Shown here one piece after another: positions 19,502 to 29,036 of a stretch of 64,000 nucleotides of DNA. The stretch covers positions 329,739 to 393,738 of the forward strand of contig CAVXEU010000005.1 in the NCBI GenBank assembly GCA_963760915.1, given 5' to 3'. A program made the translations under genes and the position numbers. Numbering within the stretch: position 1 is the stretch's first letter; every line of letters begins with the position of its first letter. The notes under the pieces were generated by a model, which worked only from the letters and a program-made list of their open reading frames with translations, made no database searches and was not told where the DNA came from. Source of the DNA: an uncultured Bacteroidales bacterium. Its GTDB lineage: Bacteria; Bacteroidota; Bacteroidia; Bacteroidales; VadinHA17.

Positions 19502-20152
19502 ATGAAAAATATTGTACTGATAGGAGCAAGTGGTTTTGTAGGTTCGGCTATTTTAACTGAAGCTCTCGAACGTGGTCATATGGTCAAAGCGGTTGTTCGT
19601 CATCCGGAAAAGATACCGAAAGTGCACAAAAATCTGGTAGTGAATCAGGGAGATGTTTCTTCAATTGATACCGTAATTGAATTGTGTAAAAGTGCTGATG
19701 CAGTGATAAGTGCATACAATCCTGGCTGGATGAACCCGAAAATTGCTGAAGAAACAACAAGTGTTTACAGGACTATAATTGATGGTGTAAGACAGTCGGG
19801 TGTAAACCGGTTACTGGTAGTCGGTGGTGCCGGATCTCTATTTGTATCGCCAGGGACAAGACTTATGGATAACGGATCAATGCCGGAAGCATTCCTGCCG
19901 GCAGTTAAAGCCCTGGCAGAGGTATATCTGAGGTACCTGACAGCTGAAAAAAGCATCGACTGGATATTTTTCTCTCCTGCAGGTATTCTGGAACCAGGTA
20001 CACGGACCGGAAAGTTCCGACTCGGCAAAGATGATCTTATTGTCAATGAATCCGGTGAAAGTAAAATATCTGTACAGGATTATGCCAAGGCAATGATTGA
20101 TGAACTCGAAAACCCGGTACACCATCGGGAACGGTTTACAATAGGCTATTAA
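19502..20152 (+). CDS. NAD(P)H-binding protein (NmrA/atypical SDR-like)
   Basis: 216 aa with N-terminal Rossmann motif IVLIGASGFVGSAIL. Confidence 0.8.
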   Translation: MKNIVLIGASGFVGSAILTEALERGHMVKAVVRHPEKIPKVHKNLVVNQGDVSSIDTVIELCKSADAVISAYNPGWMNPKIAEETTSVYRTIIDGVRQSGVNRLLVVGGAGSLFVSPGTRLMDNGSMPEAFLPAVKALAEVYLRYLTAEKSIDWIFFSPAGILEPGTRTGKFRLGKDDLIVNESGESKISVQDYAKAMIDELENPVHHRERFTIGY

Positions 20153-20319
20153 TCGAATTTGTAATATCCTTACAATCAGTGTTATGGATCATAAGTAATA
20201 ATCAAATTGTAAGATATATGTATGTTAAAAATTGCATCTATGTCATAATCGTGTGACCATAAATGATTTAAAACTATGTTCTTCAGCTCATTATCGTAAT
20301 AAAATAATCTCTGTAATTT

Positions 20320-21885
20320 CTATCTTCTTCCCTGTATTGGGGGAGAATAATGGATTTTTTTAGAAGCCCATTCAATGAAATATTTCATATTTGGTGCATC
20401 GGTATGCCCTCCATCATGTTGACGCCAGGCAAGTTCTCCTTCAAGCATGCTTGTATTGAAGGGCGGCATAACTTCTTTTTTGTAATCATTTGTTACTCCG
20501 ATATCTTTTACCCCTAAGAGTTTAAATACAGCACCTGCAGCAACAGTAGCCATGTAGCTTCCCTTCTGGTCAAGCCATTTTGCATCACCCTTTTCAGGAA
20601 TTCCATAACTTATAAAAGTAAGTCTTGGTGCACACATAGCTATAAGACTATGGGAATCGACATGCATCTGGCTTGCATTTCCAACTCCTGAAGTTGATTC
20701 AGCAGCACCATATTTCAGATAATTTCCAGCCATCCAATGATATTCCCCGGTTCCGGTAAGACTCTCAACTGCCTCTCCGAAATTACGGCGGTGAAGTGCA
20801 GCCCCACCTTTCCCTGATGATCCAACCAGTGCCATAGCAAAACGATCCTCAAAGGCAAGTGTAACAAGCGCTGCTTTACCATAACGTGATACTCCCTCAA
20901 TCCCAACATGCTTTGCATCAACAGCAGGATCGGTTTCGAGGTAATCAAGTCCGCGTGCAGCACCCCATGCCCAGGCCCTCAGTGAACCCCAATCGTCAGG
21001 TTTGCGAGGCTGACCTTTATTTACAAGTCCAATGATGCCTTTGGTCAGACCGGCTCCGTTATCTGCCTGGATTGATGATGGATCTACTGTAGCATAACCC
21101 CAGCCGGCTGCAATAAGCTGCTGTATTGAAGGAGGATCTGCATTTGCATTAGCCTGTGCTCCCATGCCTCCAAATGGGGAAGAAGCAGCAGCACGCTGAA
21201 TAGGAGTATATGCCATGTATTTGTCTAATATAGCTTTTATTTCGGGATCTTTTTCCGAAAGCAGTTTCCTTAATGCCTGATTGATCTGATTAAGTTCATC
21301 CCGGTTAGGTTGGGCAGGAGCAGGAAGATTTGGCATACCGAACATCATTAATACCGGAACAGGACCTGTTGCATTAGCCGGTAAAACGACAACCATTGAA
21401 ATGTTTACATCAATAAGAGGATAAGCTGAATTATCAACATGTCCGGTAAGTTTCTTCGCTATAACAGGCATAAATCCAAGCATCTCCCTCTCTGAAATAT
21501 CAACAGTCCAACTGACAGAAGGAATTTTCTCAGGAAGGCGGCCATATACTTCTTTCTCCATATCTTCGACAATTTCAGGACGACGAAGTTTCCACCAGGC
21601 ATCTGCTGTCGTCACTTTTTTCCCATTTTTTAAGGTCAGCAAATCTGGCAGATCGGGGTATGGATTTGCAAGAGATTCATCATAGTTTGCATGGTTAGGA
21701 GCCGACTCGTTACCACTTGGTCCGGGACGAAGGCTTTTTATCCCAAGCTGGTCCATCATATTCTGGTGGTCCTGTTCAGCTGTGAAATTAACAGGAGGCG
21801 GGTATTGCCCGGATAAACCTGTCGGATTCTGAGCGAAAAACCGGCTGCTTATTAAAATCAAGATAACCAATAGCGATTTCTTCAT
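20320..21885 (-). CDS. putative CE15 glucuronoyl esterase (alpha/beta hydrolase), secreted
   Basis: Signal peptide. The nucleophile context GVSRYGKAALV resembles the CE15 G-C/x-S-R-x-G motif. C-terminal HDGGHTD. Confidence 0.6.
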   Translation of the reverse strand: MKKSLLVILILISSRFFAQNPTGLSGQYPPPVNFTAEQDHQNMMDQLGIKSLRPGPSGNESAPNHANYDESLANPYPDLPDLLTLKNGKKVTTADAWWKLRRPEIVEDMEKEVYGRLPEKIPSVSWTVDISEREMLGFMPVIAKKLTGHVDNSAYPLIDVNISMVVVLPANATGPVPVLMMFGMPNLPAPAQPNRDELNQINQALRKLLSEKDPEIKAILDKYMAYTPIQRAAASSPFGGMGAQANANADPPSIQQLIAAGWGYATVDPSSIQADNGAGLTKGIIGLVNKGQPRKPDDWGSLRAWAWGAARGLDYLETDPAVDAKHVGIEGVSRYGKAALVTLAFEDRFAMALVGSSGKGGAALHRRNFGEAVESLTGTGEYHWMAGNYLKYGAAESTSGVGNASQMHVDSHSLIAMCAPRLTFISYGIPEKGDAKWLDQKGSYMATVAAGAVFKLLGVKDIGVTNDYKKEVMPPFNTSMLEGELAWRQHDGGHTDAPNMKYFIEWASKKIHYSPPIQGRR

Positions 21886-21902
21886 GTTTTTAACTTTATA
21901 AA

Positions 21903-22278
21903 TTAATTTTTCCGTTTAATTACCGTAGCTTTAAAAGAAGAAGCTTTTAATCCTTCAATATTATATAAATTAACACATTCCGCATTATATGTCCGTGCAT
22001 ATCTCACATATTTCAATCTGTTATTTCATCATTGCATATGATCACCTGATTATTTTCAATCTTTGCATCTGCCCATACAAACTTTCCGTCTGATCCGGCT
22101 GATGCAAAACTGCATGAATCACCTCCCCATTTATTGTCAAACCATTGCCAATGTGGTCAAATGCAATTATAATACCATCACTTACCGGAACAGGAAGCCT
22201 TACATTAGCCTGTAAATATATTGGTAACAATATAATTACCAGAGAGGTTATTAGAAGCCTCTTAATCAGCTTCTTCAT
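21903..22278 (-). pseudogene. eroded sialate O-acetylesterase-like remnant (signal peptide plus C-terminal pieces in three frames)
   Basis: Frame 1: MKKLIKRLL...QANVRLPVPVSDG. Frame 2: WFDNKWGGDSCSFASAGSDGKFVWADAKIENNQVIICNDEITD*. Frame 3: KYVRYARTYNAECVNLYNIEGLKASSFKATVIKRKN*. The pieces match the start and end of ~500-aa acetylesterases, and only ~125 codons remain. Confidence 0.55.
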
Positions 22279-22520
22279 TTAAGTTAAAATTGCAGAGTTC
22301 AACTTTCAGAATTGAATAATCATCAAGTAATATTGCAAAATGTTTTCCCTTTTATGTCTGACTACCTCTCAAATTACTAGTTATTTTCCGGTCTTTAAAA
22401 TTATCAAATTTACCCTCATCAACTTTTAATATCACCATACTTAGTGATAAATAGTTTATATTTTGAATGTCGCCCCTAATCCTTAACCTGCTAAATAGAA
22501 TCTGTTATTGCAGGTTTTAA

Positions 22521-22528
22521 CAAAGATA
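22521..22528 (-). promoter_or_regulatory. candidate -7 promoter box (TATCTTTG)
   Basis: Exact TAnnTTTG on the minus strand, ~240 nt upstream of the remnant start. It could drive the remnant and the CE15 gene. Confidence 0.25.
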
Positions 22529-22761
22529 GCACTTCCAAATATTCATTGTGTCATTTCCTGATTTATATTAGTATCTCAAAGTAACACCATATTGTACTTG
22601 TATTTCCAATTTTCCATGTTTAAAGACATTTAAACTGATGGCAGCTTACATGAAGCATTTCCAGCCTCAACAATTGCATTTGTAAATTTTGCAAAGTACC
22701 AGGAGATAAGGATTTAATCAGAGCTTTTGAAATATTCTACAGATGGAACAGTGTTTTTTGA

Positions 22762-24141
22762 CTAATGATTAGATACAAGGGAATTCAGATATTCCTCAAG
22801 ATTGGTGTAACCATCTCCATTCCTGTCATTATTCCGGTCATTCGGATCGTTTGGATTCAATTGATTCTTTACCTCCCAATTGTCAGGCATGCCGTCCATG
22901 TCAGTGTCTTTCAGTACATTATACGTTTTGTAAACCGGCCAGCTGCCAACCTCATCTTCATGATTAATTATAGAGCCGGTTCCATCCCTTACCTCTTTAA
23001 TAACCCGGGCATCAACTGCATCGCGTACAAGTGATGCACCTGCTTGTGCCAATACATTATTGTAGGCATCAGCAGCTGATTCGGTTATCAATGGGCCAGC
23101 AGGAAAAGGGTCAGTCATTTTATATGCTGCGATCTCAGATTTATTCCATCTGGTGCCAAAATTGACCAGACTCCATTGATCAGCAGGTATTCTTCCATAG
23201 AAATAATTATCTTTGAAGTAAGCCCTGAAATGTTTACTGGATGCATTATAAGCAAATCCGCTCTTTGCGGAATTTGGTCCGGGTTTACCGTAATTGCCAA
23301 CATAATTATACCTGCATACACTGGCAGTATCAGCATCGTATCCCGGATGGTTACCTCCCCAGTTATATAATACATTGTTGCGAAAATCAAAAAGCAGACC
23401 ATCCGGATCAACACGGTAATTGTTATAATCATAATTTCCAGGCCTTGGATTCCTTGAAAAGTTATGAGCAAAAAGATTATGATTATAAGTATATTTTGCA
23501 CCATACCCGCCTCTTATCAGGGCCCCATATCCATGTGCCCCTTTGCTGTGTATGCTTTTATTCAGTGCCTCTGATATGACTGACCATTGCACAGTAATAC
23601 TGTCTATCTGGCCTTTATGTCCCGAGGAGCATGAAAAACATTCATCAACTGACCAGGAGGCTGAACAGTGGTCCATGATAATATTGTGTCCGGCCGTAAT
23701 AGAAATGGCATCAGATTCCTTCCCGGATTTATCGCCCAGTCTTGAACGGATATATCGTACAATAATATGATCAGCTTCTATTATTAATGGAGCATCTCTG
23801 AGACATATTCCGTCACCTGGGGCTGTCTGACCTGCAATAGTTATATTATCATGGTTAACAGTAAGATCAGATTTGAGCCGGATTATTCCCGAAACTGAAA
23901 AGATAATTGTACGGGGACCTCTGGCAGTTTCTATTCCCTGGCGCAGAGAGCCGGCTCCTGAATCGTTCAGGTTTCTAACTGTGTAGACGTCACCACCCCT
24001 GCCACCTCTGGAATATGCTCCGAAACCCTGGGCACCTGGAAATGCAATTGTCTGGGCCGACATACAGTTTAAACTGACTAAATTTATGGCTATGTTCAGT
24101 AGTATGATCTTATATCCGGGGAGAGATATTGAATATTTCAT
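22762..24141 (-). CDS. pectate lyase (PL1-like) with C-terminal calcium-binding TSP3/dockerin-like repeat
   Basis: AFPGAQGFGAYSRGGRGGDVYTVRNLNDSGAGSLRQGIE, IAGQTAPGDGICL, IVRYIRSRLGD and DHCSASWSVDE. C-terminal DTDMDGMPDNW...DRNGDGYTNLEEYLN. I placed the start at MKYSISL (24141), because the 63-codon upstream extension in the ORF track lacks signal-peptide logic. Confidence 0.85.
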   Translation of the reverse strand: MKYSISLPGYKIILLNIAINLVSLNCMSAQTIAFPGAQGFGAYSRGGRGGDVYTVRNLNDSGAGSLRQGIETARGPRTIIFSVSGIIRLKSDLTVNHDNITIAGQTAPGDGICLRDAPLIIEADHIIVRYIRSRLGDKSGKESDAISITAGHNIIMDHCSASWSVDECFSCSSGHKGQIDSITVQWSVISEALNKSIHSKGAHGYGALIRGGYGAKYTYNHNLFAHNFSRNPRPGNYDYNNYRVDPDGLLFDFRNNVLYNWGGNHPGYDADTASVCRYNYVGNYGKPGPNSAKSGFAYNASSKHFRAYFKDNYFYGRIPADQWSLVNFGTRWNKSEIAAYKMTDPFPAGPLITESAADAYNNVLAQAGASLVRDAVDARVIKEVRDGTGSIINHEDEVGSWPVYKTYNVLKDTDMDGMPDNWEVKNQLNPNDPNDRNNDRNGDGYTNLEEYLNSLVSNH

Positions 24142-24179
24142 ATTTGTCTTTAAGAAAATTGAATTATCAATCCAAATGG

Positions 24180-24187
24180 CAAAAATA
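24180..24187 (-). promoter_or_regulatory. candidate -7 promoter box (TATTTTTG) for the pectate lyase gene
   Basis: Exact TAnnTTTG on the minus strand, 39 nt upstream of the ATG at 24141. Confidence 0.35.
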
Positions 24188-24470
24188 CAAATTCTACATA
24201 CCCGTTGCAATAAAAAAAATACTTGATTGAATATTCCACAAAATACCCGGTCAGGAGCAATCGAGATAGATAATTTTGGGAAAATGAAACTGGTCAGAAG
24301 GGGCAAGGCGAGAGTCAGATATGTCTTCACATTGCCAAAAGTTGGACAGGATGAAGGAACTCCGATATCATCATAATGAACATAAAATGTGAATACAGAT
24401 TATGCGCTGAATAATTCCAATCCATTCCGTTAACGATTTGGGTCCGGAACGAAACCAAATTTTGTGGTTA

Positions 24471-26877
24471 TCACCATTTAACCGTTATTTTCCCGTTTTC
24501 ATTCTGGAAGGAAACTGTTTTTATTGACCCATCTTTATGGGCCTTCTTCGGTTTACCGTTTACAGTAAGCTGTAATTCTTCCGGGAATCCATGGAGTACC
24601 AATTCAATAGTCTTAAATCGTGTGGAATAATTACCTTCTGCATGATTCATTATTATCTCATGTTCACTGGGATTTAAGTTGATGACTCTTTCATGATAAT
24701 TGCCACTCTTATACTGATATGTTGTACCATCGTCCTCATAATACGTATAACTGTCAGGTAACTCACTAAACCAGATATTAAGATACATAGTGCCGTTTCC
24801 CTTGTCTGCGGTGCTCTGGATTACATTTTGCATCGGGATTATTGCTCCTGCTTTTATGAATACCGGAAGATTATCCAGGGGAGATGCGGCCCAGATCACT
24901 CTGTCCCCTTCAAATTTTTCATCGACTCCAAACCGGTACCAGGTACCTTCGGGCAGGTAAACCTGTACAGCTTTATCAGTGCTTGCGACAGGAGCCACTA
25001 GCATAGAGGGACCAAATAAAAATTCGTTTTGAAAGCGGGGATCATACACTTCATTATTATGCGTGTATTCTATTGCTAAGCTGCGGTTAACAGGCAACCC
25101 GGTTCTGTGAAGCTTCATAAAATGAGGAATAAATATATGGCAACAAACGATAGCGTGTTTGAATGAAATGCCGCATCAATACTTCATTCTCTTCACCCCA
25201 TGCCCATGGTTCATGAGATGTATTTCCTTTTTCGGTATGATTCCTGAACATAGGCGTGTAAACTCCCAGTGACATCCATCGTACCATCAGTTCCGGGGTG
25301 GGATTCCCGGTGAAACCGCCTATATCCACACCATCAAAAGCCATTCCGGTCAGTCCCATACTGTTAATCATACGGTAAGCCAGTAACATATGATCATCAG
25401 TCGGGTTATTATCACCGGTCCACATTGCTGAATACCTCTGGATACCTGAATATGCAGCACGGGTCAGTATAAAGGGGCGATTGCCATTTAATAATGACCT
25501 TGTTCCTTCAAATGTGGCGCGTGCCATTTGCATTCCATAAATATTACGTGCCTTCTTCAAGGTTACTGTATTATCTCCTTCTCCGAATTCTACCAGTGGC
25601 GGAATGTCCTGCCCCCAGACAGCAGGTTCATTCATGTCATTCCAGAAGCCGGTCACGCCGGCATCCACAAGAACTGAAAAATTCTCACCCCACCATTTTC
25701 TTACTGCCTCCCTGGTAAAATCAGGAAAATGGCTTCTTCCGGCCCATACACTTCCGGTATAGGGTTTCCCATCGGGATAGCGAACGAAATATTTATTTTT
25801 CAGACCGGTAATATAAGGCTGGTAGCCATCTGGATCAATCTTGATTCCAGGGTCAACGATGGTTACCAGGTGCATATTCAAGGATTTGAGTGAATCAGCC
25901 AGCTTTTTTGGATTAGGGTAATTAACCGGATTCCAGGTAAATATCCGGTAACCTTCCATATAATCAATATCGCAATAGATAACATCACAGGGAATGCTGT
26001 CCTGCCTCATTCTGTTAGCTACATCAAGTATTTGCTGCTGGCTTAAATAGCTGTAGCGGCATTGCTGATAACCGAGACTCCATAATGGAGGTATTTCCAT
26101 TCGTCCGGTAAGCCATGTATAATCCTGTATCTGCTGTAATACTGTTGATGCTCCTAAAAAATAGTAGTTCATGTCTCCACCCTCTGCACCGAAAAAATAC
26201 ATCGAATTGTCGGTAGAACCACCAAAATTGAAAAATGATTTGTAGCTGTTGTCAAAAAATATTCCGAAAACATTATTGGTATGTATTCCCATGAAGTAAG
26301 GCATGGTAGAATAAATCGGATCTTCCTGTAGTCCGTAACCAGGTTTGTCGCTGTTCCAGTTTACGTATGATAAACCCCGGCGGTTCAGGGGTCCCGTCTT
26401 TTCACCAAGTCCGATAAATTTCTCATCATCTTTAAGTTTACGGTAACTTGTAACCTCTTTTCCTTGCCAGGAAACACCGAGAGAAGGTAAATCTCCGTCA
26501 AGCCATTGACCGCTTGCATTATAAAAATCGATCCGTAATGGATTCTTTTGCACAACAACTTTGAGGGAGTCCGTACTTAATATTAATTCCTTTTTCCCAT
26601 TTATGATCTTGTTGAACTCTGCTCCGCCATTCTGAACAACCGCATATGAAGGGCTGACAGCCAGATCTGAAGGAGCAACTCTAACTCTTATTATTGCGGG
26701 GGTATATACACTAAGCTGCACTTCCATATTATCTTCAGTTATAATATGGATTATATGATCAACTTTCCGGATCTCTTTAAAAGAGCCTATCTGATGGCTG
26801 ATCAGATTATCATGCAGAAAACTTCTAAACGGTGAGAATAAACCTAAAATTGGTAATAGCAATAACATAGATTTCAT
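24471..26877 (-). pseudogene. GH31 alpha-glucosidase/alpha-xylosidase, split by a single-base frameshift
   Basis: ORF 25087..26877 carries WNDMNEP and the GH31 core, and ends ...FYEASQNRVAC*. ORF 24471..25118 continues the family sequence (HRTGLPVNRSL...FLFGPSMLVAPV). The span is 2407 nt (1 mod 3). Dropping plus-strand base ~25110 gives ...FYEAHRTGLPVNRSL... and an 801-aa ORF. Confidence 0.8.
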
Positions 26878-27547
26878 GATATATACAGGGTTATTTCAAT
26901 TATTTGCCAGACTGTGTTAGTATTATAACAATTAAATTTACCGAAAGTTTTGGATACAATAAAAGATAAAACTACTTATGAGACCGGTAATTAGCTTATC
27001 AGGTTGAATAAAGTAAATGGGGATTTCCTGGAAAAGTCTGTACTTTAATAACAGCCTATTTGCCAATGCTATGCCGATTCTGAAATCGAACGATACCATA
27101 GCAATTAATGAGGTCTTGTTGCCGGTAAATCAAACCCCTTATATGCCCGGGATGAGCCTGTTCCTGATGGCTCAGAAGCGCTACTCTGGTTCCTGGCGAT
27201 TTTTCCTTCAGACGGAACACCGTATATAGTGGAGGAAGTCGTTCTCAGAAAAATCTGACTAGGAAATTTAGTATAATCATTATGGCTTGTTTTAATTATT
27301 TGCACAGGTTATATAAATCAATCAAGGGAAAAGTCAGGAAAAAAGATTTTTATTCACTTTTTTAGTATCTTGGCAAGATATTAAATCAATAAATATTAAT
27401 TCATATTAACAAAAATCAAGTTGTAAGTATTCATGCTGATATTCTTTGCCGGCAGATTATTTATCAGTAAATTAAAAAAATTTTAAGTGGGTTAAACATA
27501 GTGTAATGTAACAAACTAGATATAAAATAAATATTTAAATTACGATT

Positions 27548-28831
27548 ATGAAAAAAGTAAATTCAAGAAGGGCTTTTATAGGCAAAGCTGCTGGTCTTGC
27601 TGCTGTTGCAGCTGTTTCTCCTCTTGCTGGTTTTGGAAATGGACTGGAAAAGGCTGTCCAGGAAACTCAAAAATCTTCTGCTCCATCTGATCTGAAAATT
27701 ACAGATGTTAAGTGTGGTTATGTTGGTGGAAGTCTTTTTGTGAAGATATACACAAATCAGGATATTTATGGTTGTGGCGAAGGAGTTGATGCCGTAGGCG
27801 GAACTTATTACATGGTACAAAATTTTGGGAGGCGATTGAGAGGACAAAGCCCCTTAAATGTAAATAAGATTTTTGAGGACCTCCGCAGAGGAGGTCATTT
27901 CGGCGGGGGACAATCAGGTATGTATGTAGCCGTCCTTTCAGCTTTTGAGTGTGCATTATGGGACCTGGTAGGAAAGGCACTTGGATTGCCGGTGTATCAG
28001 TTGCTTGGTGGCAAATTCCGCGATAAGATAAGGGTATATAGCGACACAGCCCTATACCGGAATAACCTGCCCACTCCCGACGTTTTTGCTGAGTCTGCCC
28101 TTAATGCGGTAAAACTGGGATTCAATGCCGTAAAGTTTGATCTGGATGAAGCCAACGACCCCAATAAATATGACAGGTATAACTGGACTGCAAGCCAGGG
28201 CGAGTTGCAAAGGATGTATGACCAGCTTGCTGCTGTAAGAGCTGCTGTAGGACCCAAAATTGATATCTGTGTGGATATGCATGGCAGGTATGATGTAAAT
28301 ACTGCACATGCAATTGCCAAAAAAGTAGAACCTCTGAACCTGATGTGGCTTGAAGAACCGGTGCCAGCAGAGAATATAGAGGCATACAGGCAGATCACCG
28401 AGGAAACATCGACACCAATAGCTGCAGGTGAAAATATTTATCTGGCTTATGGGTTCAGGAGGCTTCTGGAAATAGGCGGACTTGATGCTGTTATGCCTGA
28501 TTTGCAAAAATGTGGTGGATTGGGAGAAGGACAACGTATTGCCAACCTGGCAAACCTGTATTACATTCCATTTGCCCCGCATATGGTTGCTTCATTTCTT
28601 GGCGCCATGGCCTGTGCCCATGTATGTGCAGCTGTACCCAACTTCTTAATTATGGAATGGCAATCCTACTTCATGACCAACCCGATGTATAAAGAAATTG
28701 TCACTTTCGATGAAGGAGATTGGGTTAAGGACAGTTTTGTAACAGTAGCTAAGCATCCGGGAATTGGAGTGGATATTAACCAAGAGGCAATGAAGAAATA
28801 TGCTGCCCGTGGCGTGCCTTTTTTTGAATAA
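27548..28831 (+). CDS. enolase-superfamily enzyme (mandelate racemase/muconate lactonizing family, acid-sugar dehydratase-like) with twin-arginine signal
   Basis: N-terminal SRRAFIGKAAGLAAVAAVSPLAG. The barrel then carries metal-ligand contexts KFDLDE, VDMHGRY, LEEP and AAGENIY. Confidence 0.8.
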   Translation: MKKVNSRRAFIGKAAGLAAVAAVSPLAGFGNGLEKAVQETQKSSAPSDLKITDVKCGYVGGSLFVKIYTNQDIYGCGEGVDAVGGTYYMVQNFGRRLRGQSPLNVNKIFEDLRRGGHFGGGQSGMYVAVLSAFECALWDLVGKALGLPVYQLLGGKFRDKIRVYSDTALYRNNLPTPDVFAESALNAVKLGFNAVKFDLDEANDPNKYDRYNWTASQGELQRMYDQLAAVRAAVGPKIDICVDMHGRYDVNTAHAIAKKVEPLNLMWLEEPVPAENIEAYRQITEETSTPIAAGENIYLAYGFRRLLEIGGLDAVMPDLQKCGGLGEGQRIANLANLYYIPFAPHMVASFLGAMACAHVCAAVPNFLIMEWQSYFMTNPMYKEIVTFDEGDWVKDSFVTVAKHPGIGVDINQEAMKKYAARGVPFFE

Positions 28832-28933
28832 AACAGGATAATCATTGGTGAATAGAGTTTTAGTATATTTTTTGTAACTCTATATTTGGTGGGAGTAGTT
28901 ATCCGCTGACTACATAAACAGGAATACTAAAAA

Positions 28934-28965
28934 TGAAAGGACTTCCGTTATCGAAAGTCCTTTCA
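28934..28965. terminator. bidirectional terminator hairpin between convergent genes
   Basis: Perfect 11-bp stem TGAAAGGACTT / AAGTCCTTTCA with a 10-nt loop, flanked by A-rich sequence 5' and T-rich sequence 3'. Confidence 0.55.
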
Positions 28966-29036
28966 TTATTCCGGGAAATTGAAAACCAATCTGTGCAGCA
29001 GTAGTTATTTGCTGAGGGTTCTGTATTTAAAGTGAC

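Noticed and set aside
22042-22278. 78-aa ORF as a stand-alone small secreted protein
   Set aside because: Its signal peptide and first strand, plus downstream pieces in other frames, match the ends of a much larger acetylesterase. I interpret it as part of a pseudogene remnant.
24142-24330. 63-codon N-terminal extension of the pectate lyase ORF
   Set aside because: The internal Met (MKYSISL...) gives a proper signal peptide, and an exact -7 box (24180..24187) lies inside the extension. The extension is most likely untranslated.
27017-27305. Overlapping 66-70 aa ORFs in the 670-bp spacer between GH31 and the enolase-superfamily gene
   Set aside because: There are no recognisable motifs, the two ORFs overlap each other on opposite strands, and the composition is ordinary for noncoding DNA. 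I could not link the slightly G+C-richer core (27060..27260) to any family.
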